Source: Paramecium tetraurelia
Lineage: Eukaryota
Direction of reading: 5' to 3'
Length of the DNA: 64,000 nucleotides
Assembly (NCBI GenBank): GCA_000165425.1
Contig: CT868285.1
Span: 372,001 to 436,000, forward strand
The notes under the pieces are model-generated. The model did no database searches, was not told the DNA's origin, and saw only the letters and a list, made by a program, of their open reading frames with translations. Below, one piece after another: positions 39,433-53,308 of this stretch. Position 1 is the stretch's first letter. Each line of letters begins with the position of its first letter. A program made the position numbers and the translations under genes.

Positions 39433-40165
39433 AAAAACTAGATATTTTGATTTTATATATTCTTTTGTATTAGAAGTTTATTGAACTCATTCTTTAAATT
39501 TGCATCCATCCTCCTAAGATATAAGGTTAAACTCAATCGATTTATAATAATATGCCAAATGCATAAACAATCATAAAGTCTTATTCCTGGTTATTATTTA
39601 AGAACAAATAAAACTTAAATAACTTAGTAACTGTCTTAATGTGAAATATTATTAACCTAGTAACAAGAATTACTTACTTTATACTTGAATTAAAATGGAA
39701 TAATCACTATTAAATCGAAATGTAGCAGAATTATTTCTCCATCTGAATATAATCAAATGCCTAGTTCTCAAATGCCCATTCTCTATGTTCGGAAGCATAC
39801 ATTATAATAAAAATTGTTTATATAAAGGGCTATCAATACAAAATCATTGAAATTTCTTTTCAATTGTAAAAAAGGCAAATTCCCCTATCAAACTCTTCAT
39901 CAGTTTTGGAATTTAAAGAAGAATAGATGTTATTTAATTAAGTAAAGAAAAAATGAAGATTAATTCACTAATTCATTTTTTAAAATAAATCGAATAAATT
40001 TTTGATAATTTATTAAATATTATTTAAATAATAAAGTTAAAATCCATAATTTGAACTAATTTAATTATATATTACACAAAAGACTTCAAAAATATATCTC
40101 CTCTATTTAATTTATGGATACAATCATATAAAATAAATTAATTTACTAAATATACTAAACAAGAA

Positions 40166-42655
40166 TCATTTTATTAGTGATAATTTTTAATTTAGAAAAC
40201 TGCAATATTCTTTCAGTTAATTTGCTTCAAACCTTGCACACTTTTTAATGAAAAATTCAACCTATTTTAACAGGTCTGTTAAATTGGGATTTTATTCATG
40301 CTTTTTGCAATAGAATATTAGAAATTAGAGTATCTATTCATAAATCTTTAAAGAATTCGAATTCTCCTCCTATTCAAATACTAGGTATTGTTTTAGAAAC
40401 TATTAAATGCTTTTTAATTAAAAGAACCCTGAACAACTATCATATATGAATAATTCTTTAATGATCATCCAGATATATAATTTTGAGATCTGATTGTCTT
40501 GAGTTAAAATGAATTCAAACGATTTTCTTTACTCAAAAAATATAGTGCCTAAAGTATCTACCACCTTTACATTGGGATCATCATTCATTCCAAATACAGA
40601 TTTAGGATTGCATTCCTGCAATTCCTATTTGGCTAGGATTGGTATGCTATAGTAAAAACATTGAAATGCTTGGAAATGAACTTATGAATGATGGAAAAAC
40701 TAAGTTAAGGACAATGCTATCTGTCTTAATATTGTAACGATATTATTATTCAATGAAGGATTTATCCATTGTTTGAAAAATAGAATCAGAAATTGCAGAT
40801 ACTTTTGGGTAAACAAAATATCAGATTTTAAGTAGTACTTATCATAGATTTAATATATTGTCTTCAAAACTTAATAGATGATATCTAAGCCTTAATTATA
40901 TCCATCGAATTTAGAGTAGATATGCAAAATAGTCTGTAAGGAATTGCCTTAATCAACTTGAAGGTTGGACTCTTAAATCTTTTGAATATTCCTATAGAGA
41001 ATTGAGGCAATGTGATCATATATGTTAAATTGTTTGATGTAGTTCTAACTTATTTCTGTAATCAAGACTGTAGATTGGCTGTTCTAACACATCAAATAAT
41101 CTAAATATAGGACTTATAGAAATTGATCATCTTTCTCTTCAATCCCTTGGTAAATTAGATTGCTATATATAATTAACTAAGATTAAAATATAGTGTTGTA
41201 CGGAGCATTTTAATTGAAAATGAGCATGCTGAACTACTTTATCATATTTTTGAAATAATGTGAATCATGTTTGCAAGTTGAGGAAATGTTGTTTAGAATA
41301 AATAGGATGGATGAAGTATATAAAATCTAAGTGATTTATATTTTGATAATTTATGAGTCATCAACAATTATAGTTTAGATTAATTTATTCAGTTGTTTTT
41401 CTAATTTATTTTCTAAATATGCATTGATTATTTCATTTTCGTTTAAATTATTGAGAAGACTGATAATCTCATTTAAGATACTTTATTCATTATTTAGAAT
41501 AGGCATCAACTCAAGATTCAGTTTGTTTATAGTGTTCTTAATGGATAAATTTAGATTTGAACTAAGAGTTGTAATCTATTAATCAACTGATACTACAATT
41601 TGATTCCATTTATATTACAATCCTTAAAGCAAATACTTAATAATTTTTTCACTAATTTAGACATATTATAATTAATTCTAGTGTTTCTTCTAGAATTCAA
41701 CAATGATGTAAATCAACCATTTAATTTTTCTGATTATTGCAATAGTTTATGATGTGTCTACTTCATTTTACAAAGAATGGAATCGTTTTAATTCGAATTC
41801 TAAGTCTTCTTCTAATTCATTATAGATTCGTAATTGCTATGATTCATTCATCTAAATGATAAGCTTTGAAAAATCTTGAATATTTTGACCCTCATTGAAT
41901 CGAAAGTATAGATTAATCAATTAAATTTGAGTGGGAATATGAAAGTATTGTCCGCCATTAGGATATTAGAAAATCTTAGAGATCAATTAAGAATAGCATT
42001 TATTGAGTTTGGGTGTAGGTAGATGAGTGACGAAGAGACAAAAATTTTGCAATTCTTCGTTCACTTTTTATTATACTAAATAATTTTAGTTTTCTTCATA
42101 TTTTAATGAAGCAACATTAAAGTTTAACTGTTGATATTGGCTTTAAGTATTGGAAACAATAAAGGATAGGATTCTTTCAAAAAGCAGCAGTCCATTCTCT
42201 TGGATTACTCCTCTACTATACTTTAATAGACATGCCAAGATTTTGATGAATAATTGAGGATATGCTATTTGGAGAGCTTTTTGATTTTCAATAAGGAGTG
42301 AAATTAACTGCAAAATGTCAGGAATAAAAGTTTGATTGACTTTTGCTAATAAATTGATTAAGGTGCTCAAGATCGAGATGGTGCATTGTAATTGATCAAT
42401 GTATTATTGTTTGGGGATATTCTACAGGATTTTGAGCATTTGAGAAGTGTAATATTCATCATAGAGTTCAATTTGTTTGGTCAATTTTTTGGTAATTTCA
42501 ATGAGGATAGATGTATAGTGTTCTTGCTTTAGGGGCAATTATGATTAAAGAGCAAGTAAAATGGATGAATAGGCAGAGTCTAAATTGGAATCTTGTTGTT
42601 TGATAGTGATGATGGACTGTAGCAAATTTTTGGCTATTTAGTATTAGTTGTCCAT
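40166..42655 (-). CDS. Large alpha-helical (HEAT/ARM-like) hypothetical protein
   Basis: ~800-codon Leu/Ile/Gln-rich code-6 frame starting MDNQYQIAKNLLQSII; includes the ORF-track fragment at 42143-42370. Confidence 0.6.
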
Positions 42656-42710
42656 AATTTAATTGATAAATTTTATAATATAATCAAGAACTTAAATCGC
42701 AGGTTTAAAG

Positions 42711-43126
42711 ATGGGTAAAATAATTCTAGAGTATTTGGATGGAAATCGAATTTATGTATGCACAAAATGCCATATACATTTATCAAATTACGAGAGTAGA
42801 ATATCGAAGGTAAGATTATAAAATGGATTCTAGAATTTCAGAGGTGGAACTGGTTAGGCATTCTTGTTTGATTATGGGTACTTTATTATTCAAATAAAGT
42901 ATCAATTATCATGTTGGAGTTCCTGAGGACAAGGATTTGATGACTGGAAAGCATACAGTGCAAGATCTGATTTGCAATGGTTGTAACTAGGTGATTGGGT
43001 GGAAATATGTATAGATGATTGAATTAATTCATCATTTAGATCAAAGCACATCGAGAATCAGAGAAATACAAGGAGGGGAAGATAATTATAGAAAGACATT
43101 ACATAAAAAGAATTAAATGGAACTGA
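42711..43126 (+). CDS. Yippee-like zinc-binding protein
   Basis: MGKIILEYLDGNRIYVCTKCHIHL...ISK/NFRGGTGQAFLF...LMTGKHTVQDLICNGCNQVIGWKY...EKYKEGKIIIE; three tiny introns. Confidence 0.93.
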
Positions 43127-43262
43127 ATCTATCTATATATATAATATATATTATTATAACATAGTAAAGATCCCTTTTAAGTCCAAGTGAAAAAGAGATA
43201 AAATAATCTAATAATAGTCTGTTGATTAATTTATATATAATTAAAAATTACGTTAAAAGAGG

Positions 43263-44767
43263 ATGTTTCAGAAGATGTTGAATCAGCAAATGAAGAATTA
43301 AGTAGGGTCTCTAAATCAATAAAAGTAGGAAGACATGAATCGGAGAGTGGTGACAGAAATTGAAGATGTGGATCAGGAGATGAAAACGATGCAAGACATC
43401 ACAAATTTAAAAGGTCATTTGAAGATGAATCAAATAGTCAAATCATCCTTCAGGAAAAATAAGGATGAAACTACTCCATCCATCTACATCGGTAAATTCG
43501 AGAATCAATTAAAATAAATACAACAATCGACAATCAAAAAATAAGGACGCAAACCACTCTCCATTGAAAAGAACAGCACTAAATCAGTGTTGATGCCAGC
43601 ATCCACCGAAAGATATGATTACTCAAATTTCACCTATATAAACCTCAAAGTTGTTGGAAGTGGCTCATTTGGAGTTGTACACAAAGTATACCAATTTTCA
43701 ATAAAAGGCTAAAGTAAATGAGACTGGAGAAATTGTGGCCATCAAGAAGGTTCTGCAAGATCGCAGATACAAAAATAGAGAATTATAGATCCTATAAGAA
43801 TTAGATCATGTCAATGTACTCAAAATGAAACATGCCTTCTACACTCCTGCTGATAACAAGGATGAAAACTACCTTAATGTTGTAATGGAGTACTTCTCTG
43901 ACACACTTTACTCATTCAACAAATCATACATCAAGGACTTCAAAAGAATGCCTGATATCCTAGTCAAACTGTTTAGTTACTAATTATTAAGATCGATTGC
44001 GTACTCCCTATTTATATATTCTTAGATATATTTCATTATTGGGAATATGTCATCGAGATATCAAACCCCATAATGTTTTAGTTAATCCAGAAACCAATAA
44101 ATTATAGTTATGTGATTTTGGGAGTGCCAAAAAATTAGTTAAAGGAGAACCTAATATAGCCTACATTTGTTCCAGATGCTACAGAGCTCCTGAATTGATA
44201 TTTGGAGCAACAGATTATGACACTCAAATTGATGTTTGGTCTGTAGGCTGTGTCATAGCTGAACTTATTAATGGAGAACCGTTGTTTTTGGGAGAGTCTG
44301 CTGTTGATTAAATGGTTGAGATTGTCAAAGTACTTGGAACACCAACAAGTGAACAAATACTAAGCATGAATAAAAACTATGATATAAAATCTAATTAATT
44401 GGCTAAGATCAAACAAAGAGATTGGAAAAAAGTATATTCTTTAATTTTAATTAAGGTTCTTAAAACTAAAGATACTAAGGCAATTGATCTAGTCTCAAAA
44501 TTACTCAATTATTGTCCAAAGACCAGACTCACTCCATTTAAATCATTAACTCACCCTTATTTTGATGAACTCAGAGACATCGACTAATTAAAGAGTCTTT
44601 AAAGCTAGACGAAGATTGCCATACCTGAACTCTTCAATTTCTCAAATGGTATTTATTTCCATAATCCCCTTTTAGAAGAGATATATAAAATGACGTAATA
44701 AGAGAGAATGCAATTAATCCCTGATTGGTATGGGATTTCATCTAAAATTGTAAAAACAGAATATTGA
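43263..44767 (+). CDS. GSK3: GSK3/Shaggy-like kinase
   Basis: [92 protein letters not shown]. Confidence 0.95.
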
Positions 44768-44792
44768 ATAATAATGAATATATTTATTTATT

Positions 44793-46591
44793 ATGAACGA
44801 ACCCATCTTTCATTTCTATGGCAATAAGGCAGGTGTGGAAGGAGCCGACTAAATTAAATAAACGATTGATGATGCCACTAGAGGATCAGAATATTATAAA
44901 AGATAACAGGAGAAAAGATAATAAGTTCTGTCAAAAGTGAGTAAGATGTAAGTGGAATTGGAAAACTATCATAAGAATGAACAAAAAAAGAAGGAAACCA
45001 AGGAAATTATTTAGAATAAAGTGAAAGAATTTTAAATTAACACGGATAGAATTTGGGCGCATTTTGATATGGATATGTTTTATGTAGCATGTGAACTATT
45101 AGACAAACCAGAACTCAAAGACAAACCAGTTGCTGTTGGTTAAAGCATTATCTCCACTGCAAATTATGTGGCTAGGAAATATGGTGTTAGATCTGCTATG
45201 CCTGGTTTTGTTGCTAAGAAACTATGTCCTGATATCATCTTTGTTCCTTGTCACTTCGAAAAGTACAAAAGTGTTTCAAATGTAATTGAATGAAATTACT
45301 GTAGATATTTATGACTATCCTCAAAAAGTATGATGATAATCTAGAATCTATGGGATTAGATGAGGCAAACTTAGATCTCACAGAATATATAAACAATTCC
45401 CAAGTGGATCCAGCAACACTATGTGAAAACATCAGAAAAGATATATTCATAGCAACACAACTCACTGCCAGTTGCGGAGTAGGTCCCAATAAAATGATTG
45501 CTAAACTTGCCTCTGAAATTAATAAACCCAATGGATTGCATGTCGTTGAATAAAGTCCCACTGCAGTTCTTGGTTTCTTAGAAAAATTACCTGTAAGGAA
45601 GATTCCTGGAATTGGGAATATCACTGAGTAAATTTTAAGTGGCTTAAACTTTAATACCTGCAAAGATGTCAGAGACAGAGCCGATGAACTCTATATAATA
45701 TTCACTCCTAAAACATTCGAATACATATTTTACTCCTGTTGGGGTGTGGCTAGAAACTGTCATGTTGAATTTGAAGATTAACTGAGTATAAGTTGTCAAA
45801 GAACTTTCTCTAGTATAAGTACTTAAAAAGAATTCGAAGATAAAGTTGACTATATTGCTGAAAAACTTGCAGAGGATATGTAGTAAGAAGAAAAAGTAGG
45901 AAATCATCTTACATTAATTATCAAAACATGCAAATTTGAAATAAGAAATAAATCTTTGCAACTAAATTAATACACAAATCAAGCCAAGCAAATTGCAATA
46001 TATGGCAAATAATTACTCAAGATTATGTAATTAGACGAGCCTATAAGATTACTAGGATTAAAGATGGGCTCATTGGCTAATGAAAAATAAATGCAAAAAT
46101 AATCAATTTCTACTTATTTCAAGAAACAATTTGATAAATCTAATAGTTTAGAAAATTAGATTGCATCCAATTTGGGTTCAAAGTCTCATTAGATATCTGA
46201 GGATGGCGATTCTATCAATAAAGTTCAACTTTAATAACCTGAACAATCTAAACCTGAAATTATAAGTGAGGATGAGGCTAGCAACATTAGCAATTAGTTA
46301 TTGTCAGGAGTGAATAGTAAAGGCCACTAATATCAAGCCCAATAACAATCATTCTAATAAAAATAATAGGCTCAGCCGAAATCCTTTCTTTGTCCAATAT
46401 GTAATAATGAAATCGATTGTAAAGGAAATAACACTGTTTTGAATAAACATATAGATAGATGCATAACCACATAAAATGTAATAGTGGAGTAATCTGATGA
46501 GTCAAACAAAAATGAAATAGTTTAAAAAAAAAAGATTTCATCTAAGATAGAAAGTAAGGCCTAAAAGAGTTTCAATTTTTTTAAGAAGTGA
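44793..46591 (+). CDS. POLK: Y-family DNA polymerase kappa (DinB-like) with C-terminal UBZ zinc finger
   Basis: NKAG N-terminus, ATRGSEYY, HFDMDMFYVACE, STANYVARKYGVRSAMPG, GLDEANLD, TASCGVGPNKMIAKLASEINKPNG, PVRKIPGIG, CPICNNE...LNKHIDRC. Confidence 0.93.
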
Positions 46592-47036
46592 ATATTACCC
46601 ATCATTTTTTCTAAATAAAAATTTAGTCTTATATTTATAAGAAATTATTATTTTCTCAAATAAATTATGTGAATTGGAGGTTGTTCGATGTTTCTTTAAA
46701 CTTTTGAATTTAATTACCCTCAATTTCATATTGAATCTTCTCAATTGTTTTAATGAAATTATATTTAAAAGAAGCTTTTGGACTTCTATTGGGGATCTCT
46801 TATATGATTATTACAAAATATCCAAGAAATTTGAAACTTTTGGAGGAAACTAAGTATTTTTTTATTAAATTTAATCTTTTTAACTGAGAGTTGAATACAT
46901 ACAGTTTTTTGGAAAAGATATATAAAATCTAATTTTTAAGAATCTATCGTTTGTGTAATTACAATATCTTTAGTTTACGTATTAATAAATGTGATTAATA
47001 AAAAATTGTAATTTAAGATTTATAGTATCTGATTAA

Positions 47037-49480
47037 TCAATAATTCTATTATATGGGAGGAGTCCTTGGAAGCTTTGGTCTAGGTGCAAATGCTTAAGCT
47101 GATTGCTATGGGTTTTTGGGATTGCCATTTGTTACTCTATTTTTGATATTCACATTTGGGAGTAGACTGTCAGCCATGAATGGTCCTTCTATTGATATTA
47201 TATGTATTTACATCCAACAGGCATTTTGTCCAATTAGGACTCTCTTAATTATTCTTAATAAACACTTCTCTATTATAATTCTTTTTGCATAATTGATTCC
47301 ATCAATTATCTTTGCTGTTCTGCTTATTCATTATCCAAAGCAAATTCATTTCTTAATAATTCTTCACCTACAATCATATCATTGTTCTATAAATCATCCT
47401 CATCGTCATCATCAACTGGACATTCTTCATCATCTTCTAAATCATCCACATCATTATCCTCTTCCAATTACGATTGATCATAATCATCATCATTACTTTC
47501 TAACTATTCTATCATATATTGTATTTGTTTCTTGAATCTATCATCACTAATTGACAGTAACTTAGGTAACTCTTGAGGTATATTTAATTAATATGCATAA
47601 TCTCTTAGATCTCTTCTACTAAACATTGAATAGAATGTTCCATTGGTGAATGTTCTGATCTGATCATTAGGATATTCAATTAATTCGAATAGCACTTCAA
47701 ATGCCAATTCTTTATTAATTGATAAGGAATCTCTGCCCCTTGAACTCAATGACAAATTCATTATCAAAGCAGTTATATATTCATAGGTGTATTCACTCAA
47801 ATTAAATTTTTCCTACTTTTAAATTATTAATTAATACTCTTTTTAGAATGTTCAAGGCAACTTAAATAATGTCATTGTCAAGCATCCAAATTTGACTTTA
47901 CTTTCTGAGTGACAATTTTTATAAAGTTCCAATTGCATTCTTCCTCTTGATTGAATCAGTTTAATCCTTTTTTATTGATTCAATCAAAAGCTTGATTAAC
48001 TATGGATTACTAGTCAAGTAAGTTCTTCCATCATAATCAGAAGCCAAAGCATTCATCAATTTCAAAGCCTAGCATTAGATTATTTATCCAGATTTCACAA
48101 TCAAATATTAAGCCAAGGCAATATTTCTTTAATGAGCCCCAATTAGATCATGTGTTTAATATGCAACAACTACTGATCTTCTTTCTAAAGCACTTCTTGC
48201 TCTTGTTATTCTCCATCGTAAAGCCTAGAGAACTGTTGCAACTAGAACTGGATTACTATTCCTGGTAAATAATTAAATAACCTTTTCATAATTTAAGGGA
48301 ATATACTCTTCAATTGATTATTGAATAGGCATCATTTCTATTATGAAAAATTAAAAATACATTATTAATTAGTTAGGTCTGAGAGATCATGATCAGGTTA
48401 AGTGACCTTATCGAATAGAGAGATATCCTAAGATTTATTCATTAGTTCATCTAAATTCTGACTTAAGTATTGATCACATTACCCAATTTTCTTTTTAAAT
48501 TGCTATAATTAATCTGGATTCTTCTTGTTAGTTTCAATATATTTGATCATTTCCTTCTCCATTTTCAACATATCACCTGTAAATTGAAACCATTTTCTCT
48601 AAGCCTCAAATAGATTTTATTATGCTGTTTAATTTATGTCTTATAATGCTTAGGCTTATTGATTATTCTTTTTTTTCAATTCATTATTTTCTTATTGCAA
48701 TTGTCTGATGCTGTCAGTCATCTTTTTCTGTAACTCTTGTTATTGAACATTAGAAGACCCTTCTTTGGACAAAAATAATCTTTTTAATAGACTACCAGTT
48801 TATTCATAGCCAAAAATTGATTGGATAAACTCCTTTAGTCTTTACCTCAAATCAGCAATCCATTCGTGAGTAAAAAGATGTTGGAATGTTTGATGCAATT
48901 CAGGGTTTTTGACGTATGGTAATGCATAAAAGGGCAAGACTTCATTGGTCTTTGACAAGTCTCCTCCTTTGCTATCGAGATATTGCTTAAATTGATTAAT
49001 TGAATTCTTGTCTATCACTCCTTTCTTCATGAACACTGGATGAATAGGGTAGATAAGAAAATAAATTTGAATATAAAACTCTAGCTTCCAAAAGTCCTGA
49101 TATTGCCTCTATTGATTTGGAATGTATCGACTCCATGATTCCAGAAACTTATCTCTTTCTCCTCTGTCAAAGTGACTTAAGATTATGTATTCAGTCTCAT
49201 TGCTTTGTTCTGTTGCAAATTGAGATTCTACCTTAAATTACTCCAGCGTTTTGAAACAATTGCTTCTCACCAGATAATCTTACACTATATTATTTAGTTG
49301 TTCCGACAATGTTCCATTCAAATCAACTTATTTATCAGCCTGAATATTATTATACTATACATATTAGATTGCAGATTGAACCCTTTTTTGTTGGATATCA
49401 TTTTTACGATTCAAACCAGAATCAACTTTTGCTCTGACATCTTTCTAAGACTGGGGTTTCTTATTGTTATTATTCATCAT
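47037..49480 (-). CDS. ARMC9: LisH/armadillo ciliary protein ARMC9
   Basis: LisH LNNIVQDYLVRSNCFKTLEQF, KLEFYIQIYFLIYP, YLDSKGGDLSKTNEVLPFYALPYVKNP, LQALRWRIT, EYTYEYITALIMNLSL, acidic stretch, C-terminal RPKLPRTP. Confidence 0.85.
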
Positions 49481-49502
49481 AACAGATAATATTATTAAAT
49501 TT

Positions 49503-50637
49503 ATGTATATATTTATTTTTTTCGCCTTGGCTTATGCATAAATCGAGTGTAACAAGGATGATTTAGTAACCACTTGTTCATTGAATTCATTCTCAGCATA
49601 CATGGTAACCTATGAGAAAAAGACATCTGATACAATGTTCCTATTCATTGGTGCCAAACCTGGTTAAAGGTAATTTGCCATATTATCTAGTGCTCTATTC
49701 TTTGATCAATTAGGCGTGGGTCCAAATTCAACTTATGAAAAGTGGACTGATCTAGGCCATTTAATGTTTCTGGATATTTAAGGATCAGGTTACACAATAA
49801 TTACTAAAACTCCAAAATCAATAGCTGAATATACGTAGCAGTATGTGAATGCCTTTAATACTTTTAAAGAAGAATTAGACTATAAATTCACTCGGTTGTA
49901 TATTGTCACAAGTGGGATAGGTTCAAAGGTGGCTCTGGAACTCGCATTATAGTTATAAGCATATGGAACGATTTTGTTTTCTCCATTATTAAATCTTTTA
50001 GAGAACATGCGACAATTGCCAACCACAGCTTATCATATGGGATTGATTGATTTTTAGGAGAGACAATCCTTAGAACTTTAAATAATTAGTTTGAGTCAAC
50101 CAAAATATAGCGATTATCAAATTTTAGTTAACAAAGTTTCCAAGATGAGTGGAGATATGCAAGTATCAGATTTCAGAAAATATGAGATGTATTTCAATTC
50201 TTAATATTGTGTAGGGATAACTCCACAATACTGTTGACTGACATAATGAACACTCAAGAAGTCAGAGACAAATATCATGCAAAACAACAATTTTTTAAGA
50301 CATTCAATATTGATGTCTTTAATAATATGACCGATTCCTTATCTTAAAACATTGATTTGGATAAATATTTGAAATGTAATAGTTAGAATAAAACTATTTA
50401 GTAACCAAAATAATATGCTTGATTCCATAATTCTCCTTAAGTACAAACATACAAGGAACCTTAAGTTATCTTTTGTAATTCAAACAATTTAATGAATTAC
50501 CCTTTGTACAATATGTTAATGAACATAAATATGCAATTTATGTAAACATTGGAACCATTTACATAATTTATAACAGTGGTGACAAAATCTATCAGGATTA
50601 GTAAGAGATAGTTAAAAACATAATAAAAAAATTATGA
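49503..50637 (+). CDS. Secreted serine carboxypeptidase (S10)-like protein, probably catalytically degenerate
   Basis: Signal peptide MYIFIFFALAYA; GVGP, WTDLGHLMFLDIQGSGYT and LYIVTSGIGS align with S10 W...NLLFxDxPxGxGFS and LYIxGESYAG; AYHMGLID. Confidence 0.55.
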
Positions 50638-50930
50638 TTTATTAATATATTAAGATCCATCTTCCAAATTAATATAATAAAAACTGAATTGCTTGAAAGT
50701 ACAATAGGAGTCAATGGAATTGACAGGTATTTCAATTAAAAACACATTGAACTAACTTTAACTTGATTAAAGAGAATAATTTGAATTTTAATTAAAGCAT
50801 AGAATTATCTGATTCTCCAAAAAATTAAAGAAATAAAATTTAAGCGAATGTTCCAAACTTTTCTAAACTAATCAGTATTTGTAAGCAATAATTTTTTTGT
50901 ATTTATATAATCTTGTCCATAGAAATGAAA

Positions 50931-51553
50931 TCATTTCTCCATATTCTTTAAGGCTTCTAAAACATCTGATCGGCAATTTGGACATTTCGTGCTACTCTAA
51001 AGCCATGAGTCCACACAAGATTTGTGGTAGATATGCTTACAAGGTAGCTGCGTAATTAGTTCATCTATTTAAATAAAATGTCGATACCTTTTTAGAATTA
51101 ATTACAACATATACTACATTGCCTATTTGACTTGCCCATCATCATCACCTTCAATTTCTCTAGATATTTCTTAGGAACTCCATTGCACTTTTAAAACAAT
51201 TTATCCACACTATTTTACCACCACTAAAGTTACATAGACTAAGTTTATTATGGAGGCATTTCATACCTATATCTCCTATCTATATTAATTGGCTACTAAA
51301 AACTTAGAAAACTTAATTACCTTCTTCCCACATTCTCAATGAAACTCCATCAATTCCAAATTATTATTATTATCCCTCTAAAATTAATTGTTTTCTATAC
51401 CACTTCTCTCTTCAATTACTTATATCATTATAAAATTCTTTGTTCTTTTAATTTATTAGTATTTTCTGTTGCTATTTTTATTAATCAAAAATAAAACCTA
51501 TTTTAATTGTATAATAAATTCTAATTATTAAATAACTGCCTATTTAGATACAT
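50931..51553 (-). CDS. RING-H2 E3 ubiquitin ligase-like protein
   Basis: CSICCNQF...[29 protein letters not shown]; start approximate. Confidence 0.8.
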
Positions 51554-52014
51554 AGCGTATCCTCAAATGTTTTTCATTATAATTTAGAGAACATTTTAAT
51601 TCTACCCTCCTTTTCTTATTAACTTAAATTCTTAATAATTAAATTTTATATCTTTTTTCTTAAGAATAATTATAATCATTTAAAAATATGAAGATAATTT
51701 AAAATTGATTTTCAACATGTAAATTCATCTCCAAATATTGAAATACATTTTAATTTTGAAATAATTAGCTAAAAATATAAAACAATTAATAAAATTTATA
51801 AAAAAGTGATTAATATTTTTAAATAATATCTAAGGATTAAACTCCTCTAGAAACACAGCCAAAGGATTGAAAGTCTCTGCAATTTGGTTCTACTAAATTA
51901 AATCTTGAATCAATACGGAATATGATTCAATATTTATTCAACTTCTTATTTTATAAAAAATTATAAACAGTGGGATATAAAGCAAAATTAAATTAATATT
52001 ATCTTTCTTCAATA

Positions 52015-53013
52015 ATGTAAGGACCATAATCAAACGACAATTACATTTCTCTGGATACCGCTGCTTCATAATCAGTAGGAACAGAACAGGCATAAATAAG
52101 CGAAAGTAGAACAAACCAAGGAGTAATTATAAACATTATATAGAATACCAATAACCGAAAGCATCCACTGAGAAATGCAAATTTTGACAATACGTAGACA
52201 AGGGCTGACTTCATCCTAAAGGTTTACATCTTCCTTACGATGGAACTAGCGTTTACTTTTCTCTTGGTGATCTTAGGACTATATACAAATATGCAGCAAT
52301 GGTTAGTGACGACTGGACAGGAGGAGAGCTGCTACTGTGCATTTGGCAGTTTCTCATAATGTGGTTGCACATATATCAGTCATTACGATTCGACATGGCT
52401 GTTTTGGGTTTCCATAGTTTTTTCTCTAATACTTCACCTCATTCTCTTTTGCGGAAATCAAAGGGTTAGATAGGTATGATGTTAGTTTTGAGATTTAGAA
52501 ACCTTGGAACTTCATAATCTTAGGACTTTACATTCTATTCTTTGGATTTTTGGTAACAAATCTGTGCATCATTATCGCCTATGAGTTTGGAGTAGGGATA
52601 GTGTGGTAGGCCATAGGAATCACCTTTGGCTTCGTTTTGGCTTTGACTGCGTATTCATTCAAGACGAAAACCAGTTTTACATTTGGAAGTATAATGTATT
52701 CCATATAATTTTTAGTTGGCTCAATTTTTCTGTTAACTCCGACATTGGTATTAATGCTAATTTTGATGGGAGTGTATTCACAGTTTGCTCTTTCAATATT
52801 TTTATGCACTCTGCTTGTAGTTGGCTAAGGGTTCTTTTTGATTTGGGAAACAAAAGCGATTATTGGCGATGGGGTAAGAAAATTCGTAAATTCTAGAAAC
52901 TAAAATTGTCGATTGATGATTATGTCATAGGGTCATTGTTATTGTATGGATCAATAATCCAATTGCTGTGGAGGATAATGATGTTGATCATTGCAATCAA
53001 AGAACGAAAGTGA
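52015..53013 (+). CDS. Bax inhibitor-1 / Lifeguard (TMBIM) family membrane protein
   Basis: RADFILKVYIFLTMEL, multiple TM segments, KTSFT, C-terminal LSIDDYVIGSLLLYGSIIQLL. Confidence 0.8.
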
Positions 53014-53308
53014 ATATAAGTGTATATAGTAATAGACTTGGAAGGGAGGTAACTAGAGAGGTCGTATTGCATCAGCTTTACAAGTGAAGAATTGAGGGAG
53101 AGATTGAATTAATTTGTGTCTTTTTGATATGTGTATTAATTGATAATAAGTCTTAAAGTCTTTTAAATTGGTTCGATTAGTTTGTATTATAATTAGTTTG
53201 GGAATTATTAAATTTCATTGTTTTATAGGGGACAATTTAAATCTTTTTATTTAAAATAAAAAGGACATTGTCTTAAGTAACAAAATAAAATAATTTATTA
53301 GAATAATT

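Noticed and set aside
53035..53110. Purine-rich, weakly hairpin-forming stretch after the BI-1 gene (possible snoRNA or SECIS)
   Set aside because: No C/D or convincing H/ACA boxes, no SECIS core, and no in-frame TGA in the upstream gene.
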